A DNA stretch of 64,000 nt from an uncultured Alphaproteobacteria bacterium (GTDB lineage Bacteria > Pseudomonadota > Alphaproteobacteria > UBA3830 > CAYLKK01), in contig CAZMHS010000003.1 of assembly GCA_964566185.1 (NCBI GenBank), forward strand, positions 1,208-65,207, written 5' to 3'. The notes under the pieces are model-generated. The model did not search any database. It was not told the DNA's origin and worked only from the letters and a program-made list of their open reading frames with translations. This document shows, piece by piece, positions 39,812 through 48,453 of the stretch (within the stretch, counting starts at the first letter, position 1; every line of letters starts with the position of its first letter). Made by a program: the position numbers and the translations under genes.

Positions 39812-42800
39812 TTAAATGTTTTTATTATTTAACGACATTTTGTTTACCAAAATATAAAGTATCGGAATAAATACACTAATAAAAAAAACACCACTTGTGC
39901 ACCCACAAACCTCGACGATGCCTATGTTTCTTCGACTTATAGAACTTGCTCCAGTTGCGAATACAAGTGGTATTGCACCTACTACTGTAGAAAGACATGT
40001 CATGATTATTGGGCGCAAACGTAATTTTGCAGCACATATTGCTGCGTTTACGACATCATAACCTGAAATCATAAGCTGATTAGCAAATTCAACAATGAGA
40101 ATTCCTTGTTTTGCTGATAGCCCAATCAACATTAATAGACCTATTTGGTTGTATATATTTAACGAAAAACCTGCTAATTTTAATCCTATAATAGCGCCAA
40201 ATGCGCCTAACGGAACTGATAACATCATTATTATTGGAGATACGAAGCTTTCAAACTGTGATGACAATACTAAATATGATACGATAACGGCTAGGAAAAA
40301 TACTAGCGCAATTCCACCTTCCGATTCAATAAAATCCTTAGATTGGCCATTGTAAAATACTTGGGCATGATTGGGAAGATATTCTCTTACAACATTATTT
40401 AAATATGCGATTGCTTGATTTAAAGAATATCCATTTCCGACTCCAGCTGAAATTGTAATCGCTCTATTTCTGTTAAATCTTTTTAATTTTTGAGCTGTAC
40501 CTTTTTCAAAAATAGAAATCACACTATCCATATTTACTAAATTTCCAGCATTATTCCTGATGTATAAATTGCGAATACATGATAATTCTTTGCGATCACT
40601 TTGCGCTGCTTGTAATATTACATCATACTCCCTACCACTATCTACATACGTAGTAACTTTTTTAGATCCAAGCATTGTTTCAAGCGTTGAACCTATTTCT
40701 TGCACAGATACGTTCAATTCCGATGCTCGTTTTACATCAATATCAACAACGAACTGAGGCGTCGTCTCTTGATAATCACACTCGACATCCACTAATCCCT
40801 CAAAATTTGCACATTTTTCTAAAATAATATCTCTCCATTCTTTCAATTCATTATATTCATTACCTGTAACGACAAATTGTACCTGTGCACTTCCTTTTGA
40901 AGAAATTCCTGTAGGCAATATCACACTAGATTTTATACCAACAACGTTTTTTAACAATTTTCTATATTCTGATGCAAGTGTCTGCGCACTTATGCGTTTT
41001 TTGTCGTTTTTCAATTCTAACATTAGGTGTCCTGAATTAACTGTACCACCGTTACTATTCTCATTCATTCCTGGAACAGTATTCAAAATTCCATCAATCA
41101 CATCGTACTCAGATGATAAAATTGTATTCTCGACATTTTTCATATATTCTAGAAATTTGTTAAAACCTATGCCTTCAGCAGCTCTTGTTTTTACCAAAAT
41201 TTGAGATCTGTCTTCAAGAGGCTCATATTCACTTGACATATGATGCCAAAGAACTCCTGCAGAAATACTAAGAAGCAGAAAACATAAAATGGTTACATTT
41301 TTATGATAAAAGAGAGCTTTTAACAGTTTTTCGTATGTATTCGCAATTATTTTCATCGTGCAACTAATATATGTAACAATCTTACTACTTTCCATCTTTG
41401 TTGGCGTTAATATCCTTGAGCACAACATAGGTGTTAGTGTAAGAGCTACTATACTCGAAAAAATGATAGCAGAAGAAATTGTAATTGCAAATTCAGAAAA
41501 CATTTTTCCTGTTTTTCCTGGCCAAAGACAAATAGGTAGAAAGACAGCAAGCAGCACTACTGTAGTAGAAATAACAGCAAAAATAACCTGCTTAGCCCCT
41601 TCTATCGCTGCTGTAAATAAATCTTCCCCATCCTCAAGTCTTCTGTAAATATTTTCTAGCACGACTATAGAATCGTCGACAACAGTCCCTATCGCCAATA
41701 CCATTGCCAGCAGTGTAAGCATATTAATGCTATATCCAAGCATATAAACAATTGAAAATGAACCAATTATAGATATTGGTATTGTTATTGCAGGTATAAT
41801 TGTAGCCCTTACAGAACCAATAAACACATAAATAATAAAAAATACTAATATAGCAGCAAGCCACAATGTATCATATACTTCTCTTATTGAATTTTTTATG
41901 AATATCGAGTCATCTTTTGCTATTTTGATAAACATCCCTGCTGGTAGTGAATTTTCTATCTGTTTGATTAACTTCTTCACATTATCGGCAATTTGAACTG
42001 TATTTGAATTAGATTGCTTCGATATAGAGATACCAACCATAGGAACTCCGTTGTAAGACAAGTCGCTACGTAGCTCTTTTGAATTTATTTCTATATCCGC
42101 TACATCCATTAATTTTATATGATCTCCAGCTTTATTCTTGCGAATCATTAAATTTTTAAAATCTGACACATTGTTGTACTTCCTTTGTATTACAACCGGA
42201 TACTCCATATCGCGTGACTCTATCCGTCCGCTTGGATATTCTATATTTTCTCTTTTTAACGCATTTTCTATATCAGATACGGTTACCTTACGAGCTGCCA
42301 TTGCGTCTTTATGTAACCAAATACGAATAGATTTTTCTCTAGCTCCTATTATTGATGCGTTAGCTACTCCATCAATTATGGAAAATCTATCAAGTAAGTA
42401 TCTATTTATGTAGTCCGTTATTTCTATTCTAGACATGGAATCGCTAGTAATTATTAATGTCATAATTGGCATTGTATCTGAATCGAATTTCGCAATTATA
42501 GGACTATCAGCTTCATCAGGTAGTTTACTCATACTTCTGCTAATCTTGTCTCTAACATCGTTAACTGCGCTGTCTATATTTTTTGTTGCAGAAAACTCCA
42601 ACCTGACTGTAGAACGTCCTTCTCTACTCGTTGACTGTATAGTATCAATTCCATCAATTCCTGATACTGCATTTTCGATTACTTGCGTTATTTTTGTTTC
42701 TATAATGCTGGCAGCAGCACCAACATATTTTGTTGATATTGATACAACAGGTGCCTCTATGTCTGGATATTCTCGTACTGGTATACGTTTAAAAGAAATA

Positions 42801-42877
42801 ACGCCCATCAGCACTATCAACAACATAAGCACGATAGTAGAAACAGGGCGTAGAACGAAGAATCTACAAAAATTCAT
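39812..42877 (-). CDS. RND efflux transporter, AcrB/HAE1 family inner-membrane subunit
   Basis: 1021 aa. Typical N-terminus (FFVLRPV..), 12-TM layout with two large periplasmic loops. No adaptor or outer-membrane partner gene adjacent. Confidence 0.9.
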   Translation of the reverse strand: MNFCRFFVLRPVSTIVLMLLIVLMGVISFKRIPVREYPDIEAPVVSISTKYVGAAASIIETKITQVIENAVSGIDGIDTIQSTSREGRSTVRLEFSATKNIDSAVNDVRDKISRSMSKLPDEADSPIIAKFDSDTMPIMTLIITSDSMSRIEITDYINRYLLDRFSIIDGVANASIIGAREKSIRIWLHKDAMAARKVTVSDIENALKRENIEYPSGRIESRDMEYPVVIQRKYNNVSDFKNLMIRKNKAGDHIKLMDVADIEINSKELRSDLSYNGVPMVGISISKQSNSNTVQIADNVKKLIKQIENSLPAGMFIKIAKDDSIFIKNSIREVYDTLWLAAILVFFIIYVFIGSVRATIIPAITIPISIIGSFSIVYMLGYSINMLTLLAMVLAIGTVVDDSIVVLENIYRRLEDGEDLFTAAIEGAKQVIFAVISTTVVLLAVFLPICLWPGKTGKMFSEFAITISSAIIFSSIVALTLTPMLCSRILTPTKMESSKIVTYISCTMKIIANTYEKLLKALFYHKNVTILCFLLLSISAGVLWHHMSSEYEPLEDRSQILVKTRAAEGIGFNKFLEYMKNVENTILSSEYDVIDGILNTVPGMNENSNGGTVNSGHLMLELKNDKKRISAQTLASEYRKLLKNVVGIKSSVILPTGISSKGSAQVQFVVTGNEYNELKEWRDIILEKCANFEGLVDVECDYQETTPQFVVDIDVKRASELNVSVQEIGSTLETMLGSKKVTTYVDSGREYDVILQAAQSDRKELSCIRNLYIRNNAGNLVNMDSVISIFEKGTAQKLKRFNRNRAITISAGVGNGYSLNQAIAYLNNVVREYLPNHAQVFYNGQSKDFIESEGGIALVFFLAVIVSYLVLSSQFESFVSPIIMMLSVPLGAFGAIIGLKLAGFSLNIYNQIGLLMLIGLSAKQGILIVEFANQLMISGYDVVNAAICAAKLRLRPIIMTCLSTVVGAIPLVFATGASSISRRNIGIVEVCGCTSGVFFISVFIPILYILVNKMSLNNKNI

Positions 42878-42897
42878 GTATCCATTTTATATTAAAT

Positions 42898-45516
42898 TCA
42901 TAAATTCCTTATTAATTGTTTTGCTTTTTCTAACGAAATATTTAATTTATCGCTGTTCGAAGATCCTCCTTGAGCGAAGTCATCTTTTCCACCGCCATGG
43001 CCATTTAATGGCTGTAGAGCAGCTTCTAACACGAGTTTTGCTTTACCTAATTTTCGAGAGTTAACTACAACTACATTTAAACGATTATCTGTATTTTTGT
43101 TGTATAGTAGCACGATAGTCTGCGCGTCCTCTTTCAGCAAACGATCAGCAACTATACGCAAATCTTTTGGATTTATATTAGATGTTATACACGTAGCTAC
43201 AGTAAAATTATTAATTCGTTCATAAGATGCGTTAGCAATGGCGAAATCTATCGTTAATCTTAGCTTATCAGATGATAATGCTTTTACTTCTTCGAGTGTA
43301 GATTCCAACTTTTGAAGTACGTCGTTATCAGACGATTTCATCTTTATATTTATATTATCTAGTAGTTGCCGTGTATTGTTAATATATTTTAATAATGCAG
43401 TACCTGCTACAGCTTCAATTCGTCGTAATCCTGAACCTATGCTATTTTCTGATATAATTTTAAATAAGCCAATTTCTCCAGTGCTGCAAACATGAGTACC
43501 GCCACATAACTCTGATGATATGATATGACCAACTTCATCTGCGACTGAGACAACACGAACATTGCTGTCATATTTTTCGCCAAATAAAGCTGTTGCACCA
43601 GATTTTATTGCCTCTTCTTTTTTCATAATGCATTTTGATACGCAAAAGTTAGATAATACAAAACTATTTACTAATTTTTCTACTTCGTTAAGTTCATCTG
43701 TTGTCATTGCTACGTTATGCGAAAAATCAAATCTTAAATAATCCGGACAGACGTACGATCCCTTTTGTGCTATGTGACTTCCTAGTACATGTTTTAATGC
43801 CGATTGTAGAAGATGTGTAGCAGTATGATGCCTCATTGTATTTTTTCTGTAATCTTCATTTACCTGCAGTTCTACATTTTCGTTTACAGAAAATGATCCA
43901 TTTTCTATATAACCATCGTGAATCGCTAGATTACCAACTTTTCTCGTACTCGTCACGCAAAAAGTTCCGAGGTGCTTCTTTATTTTTCCTATATCCCCGA
44001 CTTGTCCTCCACATTCCGCATAAAACGGCGTCTTGTTTGTAATTATGCTAATACATGCGTTATTAGGATCGTTTGAAACAGACTCTACGCTACGTCCGTC
44101 GGATACAATAGCAGTGATTTTTGCTGTTGACTTTAACGACTCGTAACCGACGAACTCTTGACACGAATTAACAGCTGCAATATCAAAGAAAACTGCCTCA
44201 TGCGTTTTATCGTACGTACTATTTTTCCAATTCGCCCTATTCTTTTGTTCTTGCATCGCTTCGTCGAAGCCTTTCTCATCGACAGTCATATTTTTAGATC
44301 GTAAAATATCCTGTGTTAAGTCTAACGGAAAACCATACGTATCGTACAATTTAAACGCTATATCACCAGACAACGTTCCATGTTCTGGTAGATTTACAAT
44401 TTCATTATTCAATATAGTTAGACCGTTTCCTAATGTAGATAAAAACTTTTCTTCTTCTGTTTTAATCGTAGACTCAATCGTTGTGCGCATTGTATTTAAT
44501 TCTTGATACGCATCACCCATAGCATTAACTAAAGATGGAACTAATTTGTAAATAAAGCTCCCGTTTATACCTAATGAGTTTGCATGCCGTACAGCTCTTC
44601 GCAATATTCTACGCAAAACGTAGCCACGTCCCTCATTACTAGGGAAAATACCATCACTAATCAGAAAACTTAACGAACGTAAATGATCAGAAATGACTTT
44701 GAATGATGGTCTATTACGATCATTCATCTCTATTCCTGAAATATTTTGTATGTCAGCGATAATAGATTGAAATAAATCAATATCATAATTATCCTGTTTA
44801 CCTTGCAATACTGCAGCTAAGCGTTCTAACCCAATTCCTGTATCTATAGACTTCGCTTTTAGGTCTGTTCTAGATCCATCTATAAGTTGTTCGAATTGCA
44901 TAAACACAATATTCCAAATTTCAACAAACCTATCGCCATTTTCATCTTTTGAGCCGGGAATACCACCAAAGACATTTGGCCCATGATCGAAGAAAATTTC
45001 AGTACATGGCCCGCATGGTCCAGAATCTCCCATAGACCAAAAATTATCGTTTGTTTTAATAGGTATTATAGTAAAGTCTTCTCCAGCAATTTTCCGCCAC
45101 AATTCTTTTGCTTCATCGTCTGTATGATAAACTGTCGCCAATAACCTACTTTTATCTATACATAGTTCCTTTGTTAGAAAGTTCCACGCAAACTCTATCG
45201 CCTCTGCTTTGAAGTAATCTCCAAAAGAAAAATTGCCTAACATTTCAAAAAATGTATGGTGTCTACTCGTAAAGCCAACTTGATCTAAATCGTTATGTTT
45301 TCCTCCTGCTCTAACGCATTTTTGAGCTGTAGTAGCTCTATTATATTCACGTTTTTCCAATCCAATAAATACATCCTTAAATTGGACCATTCCAGCATTA
45401 GTGAATAACAACGTTTTATCATTATGTGGAATTAATGAGCTTGATGAAACAATTGTATGACCATTCCTATGAAAGTAATCCAAAAATTTTTTTCGAACAC
45501 AAGATGTTTGCAACAT
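42898..45516 (-). CDS. alaS: Alanyl-tRNA synthetase
   Basis: HHTFFEMLGNFSFGDYFK, WSMGDSGPCGPCTEIF, editing-domain HHTATHLL..., CGGTHV. 872 aa. Confidence 0.95.
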   Translation of the reverse strand: MLQTSCVRKKFLDYFHRNGHTIVSSSSLIPHNDKTLLFTNAGMVQFKDVFIGLEKREYNRATTAQKCVRAGGKHNDLDQVGFTSRHHTFFEMLGNFSFGDYFKAEAIEFAWNFLTKELCIDKSRLLATVYHTDDEAKELWRKIAGEDFTIIPIKTNDNFWSMGDSGPCGPCTEIFFDHGPNVFGGIPGSKDENGDRFVEIWNIVFMQFEQLIDGSRTDLKAKSIDTGIGLERLAAVLQGKQDNYDIDLFQSIIADIQNISGIEMNDRNRPSFKVISDHLRSLSFLISDGIFPSNEGRGYVLRRILRRAVRHANSLGINGSFIYKLVPSLVNAMGDAYQELNTMRTTIESTIKTEEEKFLSTLGNGLTILNNEIVNLPEHGTLSGDIAFKLYDTYGFPLDLTQDILRSKNMTVDEKGFDEAMQEQKNRANWKNSTYDKTHEAVFFDIAAVNSCQEFVGYESLKSTAKITAIVSDGRSVESVSNDPNNACISIITNKTPFYAECGGQVGDIGKIKKHLGTFCVTSTRKVGNLAIHDGYIENGSFSVNENVELQVNEDYRKNTMRHHTATHLLQSALKHVLGSHIAQKGSYVCPDYLRFDFSHNVAMTTDELNEVEKLVNSFVLSNFCVSKCIMKKEEAIKSGATALFGEKYDSNVRVVSVADEVGHIISSELCGGTHVCSTGEIGLFKIISENSIGSGLRRIEAVAGTALLKYINNTRQLLDNINIKMKSSDNDVLQKLESTLEEVKALSSDKLRLTIDFAIANASYERINNFTVATCITSNINPKDLRIVADRLLKEDAQTIVLLYNKNTDNRLNVVVVNSRKLGKAKLVLEAALQPLNGHGGGKDDFAQGGSSNSDKLNISLEKAKQLIRNL

Positions 45517-45592
45517 ACGTTCTCTCCAAATAACGACTTAGAAAACTAGACTCTAACACAAATATACTTTTAATAACACTACTATTATAGCA

Positions 45593-46729
45593 CTAATTTT
45601 CAGAAAATTGATTTAAAACAATCCTTTTCCCATATTCTACATGAGGTTGCCCAAATGGATTTACGTTAAGCTCGTTGCAGACATTTATTATTTCTATCAA
45701 AAAATGCATAAATAGCCATCCAAGAGTGTATTCATCTATTGTTTCGCTTTCGAAGACTCTAATTGGTCGTCCAGCATGACGTAGTGACGCAACTGTTGCA
45801 TTGGCTTCAGCTATAAACAATTCGTTGAGAGAATGAGAAACAAGCATTTTGCATGGAGTAGTACTATCAAAAAATAATAAATCCCGCTCTTTTTCTATAA
45901 ATATTGTATAACATTTATCATCAGGACCTCCAGCATACAATTGCAGTTGGCTATGTTGATCGACAGTTCCTTTTGCTAGCAATGGCGTTATACCTTTACC
46001 ATCTTTCCCTGAGCTTTCAGCGTATAATTGTGCAATCCATTCTTGAAATTTTTCAAGTTTTGACGAATAACACATAAAAACATTATTCGTACGCCCATGA
46101 TTATATGATTTTATAACAAAATCTGTTCCTTGTTCAAAAGCCTTTGATTCTACGGCATCTTTGGCTCCATGCTTGAACTTTTTTATGTCGCATCCCATTA
46201 AGTAAGCCGGTAATATTCCAACTGGTGAAAATACAGAAAACCGCCCTCCGATATCTATATCGTGTTCTATGTATAGCGTGTTATGTTGACGACAAAACTT
46301 CATCAAAGTTGAATCTTTATTCTCAGTAATAACAAGAAAATGATCACTCACAGATGTATTGTTGTGATAAAATTTTTGTAAAATCAACGACAATTGTGCT
46401 AATGTTTCTACTGTTTCTCCGGATTTAGAAATTACCAATATCCCTGTGTCTGCGTATTGAAAATTACGAAACAACTGTATGAAATCGTATTGATATATGT
46501 TGTCGATAAAAGTTACCCTTGTATCTTTACAAGCACACTTTATCGCTTGTCCACATAAACTAGACCCTCCGATTCCTATTACTATGTAGCGCGAGTATTT
46601 TTTTGCCCATGCTAATATTTTGCTATCACTCGCCCACAAATCTTCTTGATATGCGGCAGAAATGCATGCGTAATCCCGAAGATTTGCGATATGGCGACTT
46701 ACAACATCTTGATTAATGTATGAAAACAT
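45593..46729 (-). CDS. pgi: Glucose-6-phosphate isomerase (short form)
   Basis: SIS motif IGIGGSSLCGQA, PGI signature-like DIGGRFSVFSPVG and GTVDQHSQLQLYAGG. Only 378 aa. The 5' end overlaps the upstream ORF by 17 nt. Confidence 0.8.
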   Translation of the reverse strand: MFSYINQDVVSRHIANLRDYACISAAYQEDLWASDSKILAWAKKYSRYIVIGIGGSSLCGQAIKCACKDTRVTFIDNIYQYDFIQLFRNFQYADTGILVISKSGETVETLAQLSLILQKFYHNNTSVSDHFLVITENKDSTLMKFCRQHNTLYIEHDIDIGGRFSVFSPVGILPAYLMGCDIKKFKHGAKDAVESKAFEQGTDFVIKSYNHGRTNNVFMCYSSKLEKFQEWIAQLYAESSGKDGKGITPLLAKGTVDQHSQLQLYAGGPDDKCYTIFIEKERDLLFFDSTTPCKMLVSHSLNELFIAEANATVASLRHAGRPIRVFESETIDEYTLGWLFMHFLIEIINVCNELNVNPFGQPHVEYGKRIVLNQFSEN

Positions 46730-47762
46730 TCCTGCTATTTCTATTTGGTTCTATAACAATCCTATTTGGATCTTGATCAAATACACTTTTTAACATCGTG
46801 ATTAGCTGTTCATAATCTATATTTATGTTATCAAGCCAGTGCTTTCGAAGCCTTTTTTCGACTTGCGCTTTTGTTGACTCAAACAACTGCTTATCTTCAG
46901 TAAGACTAACTATCAATTTACGTATGACTTCAGCCAATTCATCGCCCTTGATAGAATCATTTCTGGTCGATAAAATAACGTTCATGCCATCGAGAGAACA
47001 CTTTATACGTTTATTAAATGCATTAAAAAACGCTTCTTCTATCATTAACTTAAAACACAAAGCTGTTTCACGACTATAAAATTCGCATGAATCCCAATAT
47101 ACACTTACTAGCTTATAATTACCATCATTGTGATTTTTTATATAGTCACAATGTCTTCTGTGCTTATCATTACGAAATAAAGGAAATGGAAAACGATTAA
47201 AATTTTTCTCCGCTTCTCTTAAATCTGAGCGTCTTTCATTAATAGCTTCATTCGTATCTGAATCGTCAACACGACAAATCTTCATGTCTTTAAAAAATTC
47301 GCACGTAGGCTTGCCAACACTGTTATTTACTTTTAGCTTGTTATTATTAGCGAAATGTTTTTCTAGTATAGCTCGTACATCTCCTGCATTAACATTTGTT
47401 GTAATATTCGCTGAAGCTTGAATACATTTTTCATCATTTTCGCAATGCTTAACCGCAGATAGGCTAAGTTTAAACTGCTCACATATTTTATCCAGTTCGT
47501 CTATAGTCGTAAAAGTATTACGAACAGATGTACTGGCATAAAATTCTCCGCGAATATCTTCCTTATTGTAATTTGTATCTACTTTATACTTCAATGATAC
47601 GAAAGAAATATTTGCATCTTTATCAACAACCACTTTTATGTTGTCATATTTCTCTGAATTTTCGTTTTCCTCACATGGCTGATTCGAATGCACATTTATG
47701 TGAAAACAATACCCACAACTCGCACATGATAAAAGATAAGACATAACAACTAAACGTAACAT
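46713..47762 (-). CDS. Hypothetical Cys-rich exported protein/putative lipoprotein, 349 aa
   Basis: SD GGAGG 5 nt upstream. N-terminus MLRLVVMSYLLSCASCGYC has an LLSC lipobox-like site. Many Cys follow. Any resemblance to an inactive M16-peptidase fold is very weak. Confidence 0.6.
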   Translation of the reverse strand: MLRLVVMSYLLSCASCGYCFHINVHSNQPCEENENSEKYDNIKVVVDKDANISFVSLKYKVDTNYNKEDIRGEFYASTSVRNTFTTIDELDKICEQFKLSLSAVKHCENDEKCIQASANITTNVNAGDVRAILEKHFANNNKLKVNNSVGKPTCEFFKDMKICRVDDSDTNEAINERRSDLREAEKNFNRFPFPLFRNDKHRRHCDYIKNHNDGNYKLVSVYWDSCEFYSRETALCFKLMIEEAFFNAFNKRIKCSLDGMNVILSTRNDSIKGDELAEVIRKLIVSLTEDKQLFESTKAQVEKRLRKHWLDNINIDYEQLITMLKSVFDQDPNRIVIEPNRNSRNVFIH

Positions 47763-47776
47763 AATTTACCTCCATA

Positions 47777-47953
47777 CTATCTACCTAAATTATAAATAGA
47801 ATCATCCCTTAATGCTGCATTTTTAGCATTAATTCTGCAATTGCACGACGGCGCTGCCATCAACACTTCATCGTCTGATAACTCGACGCGTTGGTCAGCA
47901 AATCTGCTGCAAGAACATAAAAACACTATCAAAAAGCTCATCAAGAACTTCAT
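47777..47953 (-). CDS. Small putative lipoprotein (58 aa), absent from ORF track
   Basis: My translation: MKFLMSFLIVFLCSCSRFADQRVELSDDEVLMAAPSCNCRINAKNAALRDDSIYNLGR. TAGGAGGAAGT-ATG means the SD overlaps the lspA stop. The next gene's SD follows 4 nt after this ORF's stop. Confidence 0.55.
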   Translation of the reverse strand: MKFLMSFLIVFLCSCSRFADQRVELSDDEVLMAAPSCNCRINAKNAALRDDSIYNLGR

Positions 47954-47961
47954 ACTTCCTC

Positions 47962-48453
47962 CTAAGTTGCGTCTCTATTATTATCGAACAAAAACATTAA
48001 CAAAATATTAAAATTACAAAAAACAATTGCACAATCAGCAATATTAAATGCCGGCCAATGCCATTCATTGACATAAAAATCTAAGAAGTCAACAACATAA
48101 CCATATACTATACGGTCAATGACATTACCAATTGCCCCGAAGACAATCACAGTTATAAATGGAAGATATTGCTTGTGCTGTTTCGCCCAAAAAAGTATAA
48201 ATATTACTACCGCACATACAAATATAATAATCATACTTTGTGATAAGTAATTATCAAGCACACCGAACGTAATTCCATAATTATGCATCCTAACGATGTT
48301 AAAACATGGAATTACATTAACTGTTTCGCCATATACCATAGATAAAACAACCGCACGCTTTGAAAAAAAATCCGCTAAAGCAACGATTATACCAACAAGC
48401 ACAGCAAATCGAGATGATTGAAATTTCCTTATGAGTTTAAGATACTCATGCAT
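47962..48453 (-). CDS. lspA: Lipoprotein signal peptidase (signal peptidase II)
   Basis: 163 aa, 4 TM. NYGITFG and GAIGNVIDR..YVVDFLDF...FNIAD motifs containing the catalytic Asp residues. Classic ileS-lspA linkage. Confidence 0.92.
   Translation of the reverse strand: MHEYLKLIRKFQSSRFAVLVGIIVALADFFSKRAVVLSMVYGETVNVIPCFNIVRMHNYGITFGVLDNYLSQSMIIIFVCAVVIFILFWAKQHKQYLPFITVIVFGAIGNVIDRIVYGYVVDFLDFYVNEWHWPAFNIADCAIVFCNFNILLMFLFDNNRDAT

Noticed and set aside
42435-43064. A 209-aa plus-strand track ORF spanning the acrB/alaS junction, and many similar antisense ORFs (for example 20204-20755, 2597-2929, 14293-14715, 15240-15635, 21520-21927, 62076-62477).
   Set aside because: Each lies entirely opposite a well-supported gene with clear catalytic motifs. 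Their low-complexity, S/I/F/L-rich translations have no motifs or SD sequences. They are shadow ORFs.
46713-47762. A possible degenerate M16 (pitrilysin-like) peptidase fold for the 349-aa Cys-rich protein.
   Set aside because: It has no HxxEH or other diagnostic motif, and the similarity was impressionistic. It is left as hypothetical.
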